From assembly GCA_976551045.1 (NCBI GenBank), contig CDPCPM010000171.1, forward strand, positions 2,914,001-2,978,000: 64,000 bases of DNA. The letters run 5' to 3'. Below the pieces are notes generated by a model. That model searched no databases. It worked only from the letters and a program-made list of their open reading frames with translations, and had not been told where the DNA came from. Positions 25,501 through 35,200 of this stretch are shown piece by piece (position 1 is the stretch's first letter; each line of letters opens with the position of its first letter). Source of the stretch: Glaucostegus cemiculus (taxonomy: Eukaryota). The translations under genes were made by a program, and so were the position numbers.

Positions 25501-28451
25501 AATATAAATTCTACATCAGGTGGAGCAGTGGTTCCAGCTACCAGAAGATTAGGCTATCCCTCCAGCATTTAGCGCAGTGAAGGAATACATTGGGATATAG
25601 AACCGGAATGGGATAAATTAGGATAAATCTGTGTGTTATCATTGTGACCATATGGGTTTTCCTTGTGTGCTCTGGCTTCCTCCCTCATCCCAAAGGTAGG
25701 TTAATTAGCTGTGCTAGAGGGGTGTTGATGGACATGGGAGAGAGGATAGGTTACAGGGAAATAAGATGGGGAATGAGGCTGATGGGGCAACAAATAATCT
25801 GCTGAAGGAACTCAGCGGGTTGAGCAGCATCCATTAGAGGAAAGAAATTGTCGATGTTTCCGGTTGAAACCCTGCATCAGAATGCTCCAAGTTCCAGCAT
25901 CTGCATTCTCTTGTGTCTTCAGCAGGACTGATGGGTTTGCTCTGCTGGAAGCCAATGCAGACCTGCAGTTGTTAGATGTCACTGGCACTGTGACAGAGAT
26001 GTGACTGGTAATTCTGAATGTGCTAACTAAGTTATCCAGGAGACATCACACAACATCCACTGAAGTAAAACTGTTGCCTCCTTTTAAAGGCACTGGAATG
26101 TGGGGATCTTTCTGAACTTTGCTTATTAATACAAAGATATCAGATTGTTCCAATTGTTTCACAAACAATGTATGAACTGAAAAGACCTCAGATGATACCA
26201 AAAGAACAGATCCAACATTAATTTTTATCCAAAGTTGGTATAACTACAGGAACCGTAACATTTGAGTTACTGGATTTTCTTTTATCCAAAGGCATGTTCA
26301 AATGCATCATAGCAGCTGGGTATACAGATTTAAGTGTTTAAATAAATATAGAATTAAATATAGTTATCATCAGTAGGTAAGAAATATAATTATCATGATT
26401 AAATCATAAATTATTGCTGTCAAGCCCTTCTGATAAGAATTAAGACCTAAAATTTTATCGATAGTTTCATTTTTATAAGGAGTCAGAAAAGAGGGTATAG
26501 TAGCTTTTAAAAAATGTCTACTCTGCAAGTATTGAAAAAAATGTGATCTAGGCAAACTATTAGACAATTGTTCAAAAGATGAAAAACAGGTATCGATGAA
26601 TAGATCACGAAAGCATACTATTCCCTTCCTTTTCCATATTACTGCAGTTTTTGGATTACCATGGATAAAGTCTGGCCATTTATCTGCTTCCACTAACCGT
26701 ATGATTGCCTTTGTTACATTAATGGCCAAGTGAACCATTCTGCTTAAATGGAAGGATCCAATACCCACTACTACCTTTCAATGGTTCTCTCAAACTACAT
26801 CATGTTTAAACTTGGAAAAAATTAGGAGTGGTACTGTTGATCCTTCACTTAAATTTAAAGATATTTGGAGTCCATTTATTCAATATTTTCACACAATGTA
26901 GACGCCCTTTCAATAACCTTCTAATTTAGAGGAATGGGCTGTTTCTATTGAGAAATTTTAGCCCAGTCTTTTGTTTGTTTTTGTTTAGTTTATATTGTTA
27001 CAATTTTTTTATTGATTTTTTCTTTTTTCCCAATTTACATAATAAATCCTTTTCCTTCTTATCTTTTATACTATATTCATCAACAAAGAGATCATTGGAT
27101 CTATTTTTTAATACATTAGACTTTATTCTTTCTTATGATTACCTGTGCTATGATTGTTATCCTGATGTCTTTGTAATACATGTGTGATCATTAATGCTAT
27201 ATATTAATCTGTATTGATTTGTAACTAATAAAAAGATTGAAAAAGAAAGAAATATAATTATCAAGCCCATTCTTACTACTCCAGGTTTACACAGTAACAC
27301 TCACCTTCCTTCATGTGGACTTGGTTTGTTTCTGCTTGTTGCTATTGGAGAAGAAAACGAATATGTCAAAAGTTTGCATCGATGTTTGTACAAGAATAGA
27401 CTAGGACACTGTAGATATGGGCAGGCACAGTAGTGTAGCGGTTAGCGTAACACTATTACAGTGCCAGCGACCCGGGTTCAGTTCCTTCTGCTGTCTGTGA
27501 AGAGTTTGTACGTTCTCCCCATGTCTGCATGGGTTTCCTCCCACATTCCAAAGATGTGTGGGTTAGTGAGTCAATTGGCAACTGTAAATTACCCTTAGTG
27601 TGAAGGTGAATGACAGAACATAGAACAGCACAACACAGCAATAGGTGCTTCAGCCCACAATGTCTGTGCCAACCATGATGCCAAATTAAACTAAACCTAT
27701 CTAACTGCACATGATCCGTATCCCTCCATTCCCCGAATGTTCATACGTCTGTCTAAATGCTTCCTAAACGTCATTATCCTGTCTGCTTCCACCACCACCC
27801 CTAGCAACGTGTTCCAGGCACCTACCACTCTCTGTGTAAATAACTTACCCCCTCTCACCTTAAAGCTATGTCCTCTATTATTTGACATTTCTACCCTGGG
27901 AGAACGACTCTGACTATCTACCCATTAATGCCTCTCATAATTTTGTCAGGCCACCCCTTAGCCTCCTCCGAGGTAATCTGGGGAAATTAATGGGAATACG
28001 TGGAAAATAAAATGGAATTAGTGTAGGATGTGTGTTAAATGGGTGTTTGATGGTCGACGAGATCTCAAAGGGCCGAAACGCTTGCTATATCCCTACGACC
28101 TTGAATATTAATTATGAAAAAGAACTCGTCCCGACCGCCAATCAGAATACGATTTCTCATGTCAATCACAATTAAAGACCAATAACTATCATGAGAGGGC
28201 GGGAGCTACCCTGATCGACAGATTCATAGACCAATAGCTGAGTTTCCAGGGCGGAAGCTTAACCAGGGTCACGTTTATGCTCGTAAATAAGGCGCAGGTT
28301 TGATTATATCTGTTAGAGAGAAGTTCGGATAAACAGCTGGACACGTTAATTTGTTATCGGAACTGTTTTAGTTCCCCTTTGAAAGAATTATCCCAACTAA
28401 AAGCCACTAAAACGGCGCGCAGCTCGCATTTACCTCACTTAACTGCACCAT
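7301..28451 (-). CDS. CCDC96: CCDC96/CFAP184-like ciliary coiled-coil (DUF4201) protein, 12 coding exons, 543 aa: 28451-28434, 27341-27305, 23591-23481, 22704-22525, 21762-21716, 19782-19593, 15382-15285, 14416-14266, 13668-13475, 11239-11027, 8640-8503, 7555-7301
   Basis: The C-terminal exons encode EELADGLNLIDYEQLKIENQSYSEKIEER...VLTHIKEKLEYV...KREILTKTKQARD...KEKCGLLCNELLLRDLE, the CCDC96-type DUF4201 pattern. The N-terminus is acidic and low-complexity. All 11 introns are GT-AG and phases close to 1632 nt without internal stops. Kozak context GCCAACATGG. Confidence 0.82.
8503..8640 (-). CDS. CCDC96: CCDC96-like exon 11
   Basis: ttgcag| EVTKMKKKIAATIEVLTHIKEKLEYV...TVAQ |gtaatg; phase 0-0. 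Confidence 0.9.
11027..11239 (-). CDS. CCDC96: CCDC96-like exon 10 (DUF4201 core)
   Basis: ELERIQ...IDYEQLKIENQSYSEKIEERME |gtaagt; phase 0-0. Confidence 0.92.
11950..12146. repeat. Penelope-type foldback element
   Basis: GATGCTGGAGGAACTCAGCAGG...CCTGCTGAGTACCTCCAGCATC inverted arms. Confidence 0.7.
13475..13668 (-). CDS. CCDC96: CCDC96-like exon 9
   Basis: ggcacag| (D)LLAKVQVTYKEE...RQAALQ |gtaaat; phase 1-0. Confidence 0.85.
14266..14416 (-). CDS. CCDC96: CCDC96-like exon 8
   Basis: ttattcag| DLIAEQEKLKNHNQQIQNKLADYYKKK...QRYLKFM |gtaagg; phase 0-1. Confidence 0.88.
15285..15382 (-). CDS. CCDC96: CCDC96-like exon 7
   Basis: ttttattag| (V)TPVTEVIDDQ...ELQLKYK |gtaaat; phase 1-0. Confidence 0.8.
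16080..17900 (+). mobile_element. Decayed CR1 LINE fragments (RT region)
   Basis: SSIPQGLVL..ITINMNALDEGTEGTAAKLADATK..IDRLREW..WQME; WLPHYRKDIIALERMQRR. Confidence 0.8.
19593..19782 (-). CDS. CCDC96: CCDC96-like exon 6 (acidic, not in ORF track)
   Basis: cag| SEETSETERQ...ETVTPERA |gtatta; phase 0-1. Confidence 0.72.
21716..21762 (-). CDS. CCDC96: CCDC96-like exon 5 (47 nt)
   Basis: ttttaatttaatag| (E)QEIKDTLQVIITKVS |gtgagt; supplies the phase 1 to 0 change. Confidence 0.65.
22525..22704 (-). CDS. CCDC96: CCDC96-like exon 4
   Basis: tctctttctag| (G)SEILQEEGK...ELSSFV |gtacgt; phase 1-1. Confidence 0.75.
23481..23591 (-). CDS. CCDC96: CCDC96-like exon 3
   Basis: tcaccttag| (D)QLIEENEEEIEDAGG...EGQE |gtgaaa; phase 1-1. 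Confidence 0.7.
26396..27246 (+). mobile_element. L1-type LINE 3' end with 5' inversion and a 17-bp TSD
   Basis: Minus part WKRKGIVCFRDLF..LPRSHFFQYLQ; plus part TAVFGLP..MIAFVTLMAK*TILLKWKDP..LEKIR; AATAAA and A-tail; TSD AAGAAATATAATTATCA at 26379-26395 and 27247-27263. Confidence 0.85.
27305..27341 (-). CDS. CCDC96: CCDC96-like exon 2 (37 nt)
   Basis: ttttcttctccaatag| QQAETNQVHMKE |gtgagt; phase 0-1. Confidence 0.65.
27421..27970. mobile_element. SINE (+, 27421-27610) interrupted by a CR1 3' end (-, 27615-27970)
   Basis: SINE A/B boxes; minus-strand RGHSFKVRG..FTQRVVGAWNTL. Confidence 0.7.
28130..28295 (+). promoter_or_regulatory. CCAAT/GC-box cluster in intron 1 of the CCDC96-like gene
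   Basis: CCAAT at 28138, 28179 and 28231; GGGCGG at 28197 and 28249; TAAATAA at 28284; locally CpG-rich. Confidence 0.5.
28434..28451 (-). CDS. CCDC96: CCDC96-like first coding exon (MVQLSE)
   Basis: GCCAACATGG Kozak context, donor GAG|gtaaat, located in a CpG-enriched patch next to an X-box. Confidence 0.68.
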
Positions 28452-28463
28452 GTTGGCGTTTCA

Positions 28464-28477
28464 GTTGCTATGGTGAT
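28464..28477. promoter_or_regulatory. RFX X-box at the start of the ciliary gene
   Basis: GTTGCTATGGTGAT, close to the GTTGCYATGGNAAC consensus, 13 bp upstream of the proposed ATG. Confidence 0.65.
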
Positions 28478-28559
28478 CCCAGCGGTCCCCGCGGCACGAC
28501 GATCCCCTGATTTAAAGGGACAGTCCCCACCATGACTAGTTATTCATGGTTGTGGAGAA

Positions 28560-29580
28560 ATATCTTTAACATTGCCAGGAAGGAGAGAGAAAGCAGGAAA
28601 TACCAACCTGTTAGCCTACCACAAGTATTAGAAATCTAAAATAAAGGATGTTATAACAGAATATCTTAGAATAACAGGATTGAACAGAGGCAATTATGAA
28701 AATGTTTTCTAGCCTGTTGGATTTCATTGAAAATGTAACTAATGGATCAAGGGAACTCTTTGGATGTGATGCATTTAGCTTTTTTGGAAGGAGTTAGATA
28801 AAGTCTCCTTACAGACAGCAGTGGGAATTAAACCCGGGTCGCTGGCGCTGTAAAGCATTACGCTAACAGCTACACCACCGTGCCTGCCCTTTACCGTGCA
28901 AGAACATGGCAGGTGGGATATAATGTGGAAAAAGTGTTAGTTATTATTGTATATAGTTTTGTTTTATGATTAAAGTATATTTTGTAATAAAAAAAAATCT
29001 ACAAAGAATGGATCTGTACACGAATGTAATGGTGGGAACGGTTTCTCGCATTATTATTGTATATAGTTTTGTTTTATGAATAAAGTATATTTTGTAATAA
29101 AAAAAAAGTTAGTTTACTTTGGTGTAGATAATGGAAAAGCAGAGATTTTGCTAAATGGTAGAGATTGGATAGTGTTGATGTTCAAAAGGACCTAGGTGTG
29201 CCCATTACTGAAGACTAACAACAATGATTAAGAGAGCAAATGGTATATTAGCCTTTATTGAGAGGGTTTGAATGTAAGGACATCTTAATGCAATTGCACA
29301 GGGCCTTAGTGAGACCGACCTTGGGTATTGCGTATACTTTTGTTCTTACCTAAGAAATATGTACTTATCAAAAAGGGAATTCAATAAATATTCAGTAACT
29401 AGTTACAGGGATAATGAGTTTGCTGCACACAGAAAGGCACAGCATTCTCCAGAATTTAGAAGAACGAGAGGTGATCTCTTTAAAAAATACAATATTCTTT
29501 AAACGGTTTGATAGACTAAATGCAGGGAAGATTGTTCCCTGAGGAGTTGAGGGAAAGGGAACACAGTTTCAGAATAAGGA
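28560..29580 (+). mobile_element. Decayed CR1 with nested SINE and L1-type tail fragments
   Basis: CR1 RT-like remnants interrupted by a minus-strand SINE head (about 28810-28890) and a duplicated A-tailed fragment. Confidence 0.6.
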
Positions 29581-31858
29581 AAGGTGGTGGCAATATGTGA
29601 CAAAAGGAGCACATATACTTATTTGTATATTCTTCATATAACTGGTAGGCAAAGACAATAATGTACATTGAATAGTTAGTTTTGTTGAGAGCAATTAAAA
29701 CTGCCAAGTTAGATGTAAAGGAAGGCAGACTGTCATTTCAATTACACCTTTCACAGCTCTTTCAGTACATCTCAAAGTGCATTTCAGCCACTGAAGTACT
29801 TTATATGCAGTCTCTGTTGATATATAGGTAATGTGGCTGGCAATTAGCACAGAGTAAATTCCCAGAAATGGTATAATCATTTTTAGTAGTGTTGAGTGAA
29901 GAATAAATATTGGCCAAACCTATATTTAACCAAGGGCACAAGCCTCAGTTTAAAATCTCATCTGAAAGATGGTCTCTCCAACAGTGTGGTTTCTCTTCAA
30001 AACTACCCTAACAAGTCAGCCTAGACTTTACCTCTTCCTTGGAGTCGAACTTGAACCCTTCAGATTGAAGCACAGATATTAGCTATTCAAGTTATAAAAA
30101 AAACAACTTGTTTCTCCTGTAGGATAGAGGTGGACTGTGGTGACAAAATAAATTAGTATAATATTCCCTATTTTAAGTACAAATAAAAACAAGAGATTCT
30201 ATTATTGAACCAATTCTATTTACTTCATCCTGTAGAACACAAACAAAGCAAAAGGATCAAACAATACAACAATAATTCACCTCAATGAACAGTTTTAAAA
30301 TTGCAGTGCTTTTCTAATTAGGTCCTTGGAATATTGGATTGAATTTGAGTAGCCACCCATTTCCATTATGTGTAAATAGGAAACTTACAAAATTTTTTAT
30401 ACAACAGTGGCATAAAGCAGGTAGCATCTGCAGGGTGTTTTGAAATCTATCAGTGGAGACTGAAATACTGGTGGTTACAGGTCCACCATTACAGCAATTA
30501 TGATAAATTAGCAATGGCACACAAGAACAGCACTGTTCATTCATGAACATTCAGTAATTTCTCCTAGAATGCATTAGAGCACTAAATGCACATGATGACA
30601 ACAGACAAGTAGTGGGATGCCTTTAACGATCCACGCCCTAAATTTATGCAATGCAGGATGTGAAAGCATGTGGAAAAAAAAGGTTTTGTACATAGGGGTC
30701 AATGAGCTCCAGAGTAATAGTAACAAATATGCCAATAAAAATTAAATCTGGGACAAGGTTCTCATTTGCAAAAATGTCAATAAACTGTCTTCCTTTTCCA
30801 CAAAAAAGCTTAATAAAATTAAACACAAGATTTTTAATGTCACATTGCATCCCGGCAAAAGACAAATTATCAGGTTATTTATCCCCCACAATCAATTTCC
30901 AAGAAAATCAACGGTATTCTGAGGATTCTTATTATAATGCAACAAGAGTGATCAGTGGGAGCTCTTATTACCAGTCCAGTCCAATTTCTGCCTCTGTATA
31001 CACCAGTACTGATACAGTACCAACATTATTAGCGTACAATATGAAAATAGGAAGAGAGTAAGCATTCACTTTGAGGAAGACTGGGCAGAGATACTACTGA
31101 AGGTTATATACACACACGACACAAAATAGGTAAGATTTCTAGATAATAGTTTCAGTAGACAGCAATAGGAGAATGTCCCCTCCTTGCCCGCAAGTCTAAT
31201 AACTGTAGCAACTCAAGGCAATTTAGTTGAGCTAAGATATCTGGAGGGATTCGTAACTGCTAATGCATGACCACTGATACCTGATTTGCTCCAAACTTCT
31301 CTTATTCACTGTTTTCTCAAATTGTTAGTGCTAAAGGATGAAACACTTACCATTGGGGACTCCTGGGTTTAAGTTATGCACAAATGAAAATGATATTTTT
31401 CCCCAGCATTTGCTGCAAAATGTCTCCATAAGTCATTCCTGACATCCCTTACCTTGAAGCAGCCACCTTTTAAATCTCATTTTGATAATAGTGCTTATTC
31501 TAACCAACTACCACCACAAATGTTTAACTCTACATGTGATAAATTTTACTGGAACCCTTTTTTTTTTTAAAACTGCCATTAATTAGAAGCTTGTAAGCAG
31601 GCAGCAAGTCTGAATCTTCAGCCACAGTGTTTGAAAGCTCACGAGTAAGGGTCTGTTCTCAGCTGCAAAATTCCTAACCATACAGGTTACAGGGTTGAGT
31701 TACATTATATGTATAACCATTGTTAAATCAGTGTACCACAAACATTCATATTACAGTAATGTGTTTTAAGAAAAAGCAAACTTGGGATGAATATACACGT
31801 AAAGAAAACGGCTGAGAGGATGGTAGTCTAGGACAAGGAGGGGCCAAGTCTGAGTTAG

Positions 31859-32274
31859 TTATAAAAGACCTTCCATTTCTTTCATGAAAGACTCGTATAT
31901 ATCATCCTTTGTTTGGATTGAGACAGCAGGCGCAGCTTTTGGTATTGGCTTTGTCGGGGCAACAACCTCTTCCTCTCCTTTCTTCAGTGGCACCTGACTC
32001 TTGCTTTCCCGCTTGACTCGCAAGGCAGTGGGCACAAAGCGGGTGATCTCTGCCTTTGGATTGGTGATTTGGGGCTTCGCACTGATCGTGGCGATTGCTT
32101 TCTTTTCGATTGTGGTCACATTTTCGTCCATTTTCGGTCGCTGGATGAGACTTGGAGGAGCACTGAGGACACCAGGGTTCGGCACAGGGGCTGGCGGGAA
32201 CAATCCCGGTGGTGCAGGTCCAAGTGGAGGAGCCAACGGTGGGCGTATCATACCTGGTCGAGGAGGTGGGATAC
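31859..32274 (-). CDS. WBP11: WBP11 last coding exon
   Basis: (G)IPPPRPGMIRPP...KAEITRFVPTALRV...FMKEMEGLL*. Confidence 0.96.
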
Positions 32275-35200
32275 CTTAAGAGGAAAAATTTAGACAATTT
32301 CAGAAAATCAATGAATAATTATGTTTCCTCAAAGAACTTTCTTTCAGCATACTGTACAAATAGAAATGCACTCATTTTCATTTTAAAGTGTAAATTGTCA
32401 AACCATGCATGATATATTCATGAAATGCAACACAAAATAAAAACAAATAAAAGTAAACTAATCTAAATATAAACCCTTTAATTTTAGTCTGGGCAGTGTG
32501 CTCATGACTCATCTGACACTTCAAATGCCAATTTCAGTTTACTGTAACTTGTTCAGAGTCAGTACATGTACTTCAGAGGAACTGCCATAAGACTCCCATG
32601 AAACAGGTTGATTTTAGTAGCATTCCAGCTAACGAAATACTGCATCTGTACCCAATGCATGAATAAATATTTTCTTTCCACACCTTTTGCAAATTCATTA
32701 TACATTTTTAAGGTGTTATTTTATGTAAGTACTGATTTTGTGCTACTGAAGTCAGAGATATCATTTAAAAGCATGTTTATTCCAGCTGCTTTATAAAAGG
32801 TAGCACTCAACAGGGCCTCTGTGTTGGAGACAGTGGTGATGTAATAATTCTAAGTCACTGCTCATTAGGCAGTACAGATGTCTAACTCAAGTTCAAGGTT
32901 CTGATGGGTTAAGGGAGTGGAACAGTGCTCATCGTCTAGAGAGCAAGCTTTTGTTGATATTTCCCTGTATTTAATTCTGATCTGGGATTAACTCTGATCT
33001 GATTGAAGCCTTCAAGATATTAACAGAGAATGTCTTAGTAAACCAAGAGAATCTTGCACTAGAGGGCACAGTCTAAGAATTGGAGCTAGGGCTTTCAAAA
33101 GTGAAATAAACAGAAAATGTTGGAAATACTCGCAAGACCAGCAGCACCCACGGAGAAACAGTTTTGGCTCAGAAAAACAAGATACTACTGATGTGGTAGG
33201 TCTTACTGAATAGTAGAACAAAGGGGTCTAAAAATGCTTACTCTCCATCCTACATTCAGTAATAACTAAACTTTTATTAATACATATCACTGATAGTCAC
33301 ACTAGCTTTGGAATTAGAAACGAGTTTGCTTAAACAGTGCTTTTCACACTGATCGTTTTGAGACTGCACACAAAAACCTGTCTTTCAAAACATTAATGAT
33401 TTCATTTTCTTGTCCGTTTAACAATATTCAAGATAAATAGGATAGTTCCAGTCAATTAATGGTCTAAATATAGGAAAATAAAATCCCTAATAAAAAAACG
33501 ATGATGCTATAAATCTGAAATGAAGACAAAAAAATGCTGAAAACACTCGGCAGGTCAAGCAGCATCTGCAGAAGGAGAAACCATTAACGTTTCAGGACAA
33601 AGACCTTTTGTCAGTACAGGGAAAGAGAAAACAAGTTAGCCTTTGGATTGGTGATTTGGTGAGAGGGTGGGAAGGGATGGATGGAGAGGACAAAGGAAGC
33701 ACCTCTGATAGAGCAAGGCCAGGGTTGGTATGGGGATAATCTGTGGATGAAGTTAATCTGGTTGATAGGATAATAGGAAAATAAACTGCTGAATGTAAAG
33801 TTAGCAACGGTTTCATTGTGTTAAGTGGGACATGGACAGTAAGTTCACAGACCCAACAGGTACTATACAATTAGTGAAGACACAAGGGATTGCAGATGCT
33901 GTAACTTGGAGCCAAATAACAAACTGCTGGAGGAACAAAGCTGGTCAGGCAGCATCTGTGGAGGGAAATAGACAGTCGAGACACGTCATCTTGACTGAGC
34001 ATTTTAGCATTTTGGCTGCCGTTTATAAACATACATACCCCAATGGATTCTAACTTACCAGGGGGTGCAGGTGGTGGCAATCTTGGAGGGGGACCCCGAG
34101 GTGGTGGGCCCGGAGGAAGGCCTGGTGGGGGTCCTGGTGGTGGGCCTGGAGGTCGCCCAGGTGGTGGCCCAGGAGGAAGCAGCCGTGGAATCGGTCCTCT
34201 GATTCCAGGCAACCCTGGTGGTCGTATGAATGGAGGTGCCCCTGTGATGAATAGCACACAATTAGTCAGACTAAACGCATATTACCATGGCTCCCACAAT
34301 TCAGGCATAGCAATCATTACTCTGCTATTTAAGAATGGAGAGAAAACAGGGAACTATAGAACAATTAGTTTGATAACAGTGGTGGGGAAACTGCTGGAAC
34401 CTATTATTAATGTAACAAGATACCTAAAATAATAACAGGATTGGACAGGGCAAATACATATCATGTTTGACAAACTTGGTGGTGTTTTTTGTTGAGGTTG
34501 TAACTAGCAGAACTTTCAGATTGCCTTCAATAAAGGAGTCACACAAGAGATTATTAAACAAAATTAGAGCACTCACGAACGGGGTAATTTATGCATTGCG
34601 GATTGGCTAATGAACAGACAACATTAGGAGTAAAAGGGGTCATTTTCAGGTTGGGAGGCTACAAACCATGGTAGCAGGGATCAGTGCTGGGGCCCAGCTG
34701 TTCCCACCCTAGATCAAATGACCTGAATGACAGCACCAAGTGTAATATCGGTAAATTTGCTGATTATACAAAGATAGGCAACAGTCTGAGCTGAGAAAAA
34801 TGCAGAGAAGCTTCAAGGTGATATAGATAAGTTAAACGAATGGGCAAGGACATGGCAAATGGAATAAATGTGTGAGGTCATCCACTTCACAAGAAAAATG
34901 GCAGAGAATTTGTTTTAATTGAAAAATTGAAAAGGTTAATCGACAGGTACAGCAAACAATTTGGAAAGCATCAATATGTTGGGCTTGACCGCAACAATAT
35001 TTCAGTACCCAAGTAGGGATGCCTTGCTCCAATTATAGACTGTTCTAATGAGAATACCCTTATGTTGTGAATAGGTGTGGTTTCAGAACAAAGGACAATG
35101 GAGAAAGTGAAGCAAAGGTTCATCAGATGAATTCCTGGAATGATGACTTTGTTAGACAGGAGAGATCGACAGGGATGATATTTTTCCAGTCTGTAGTGTC

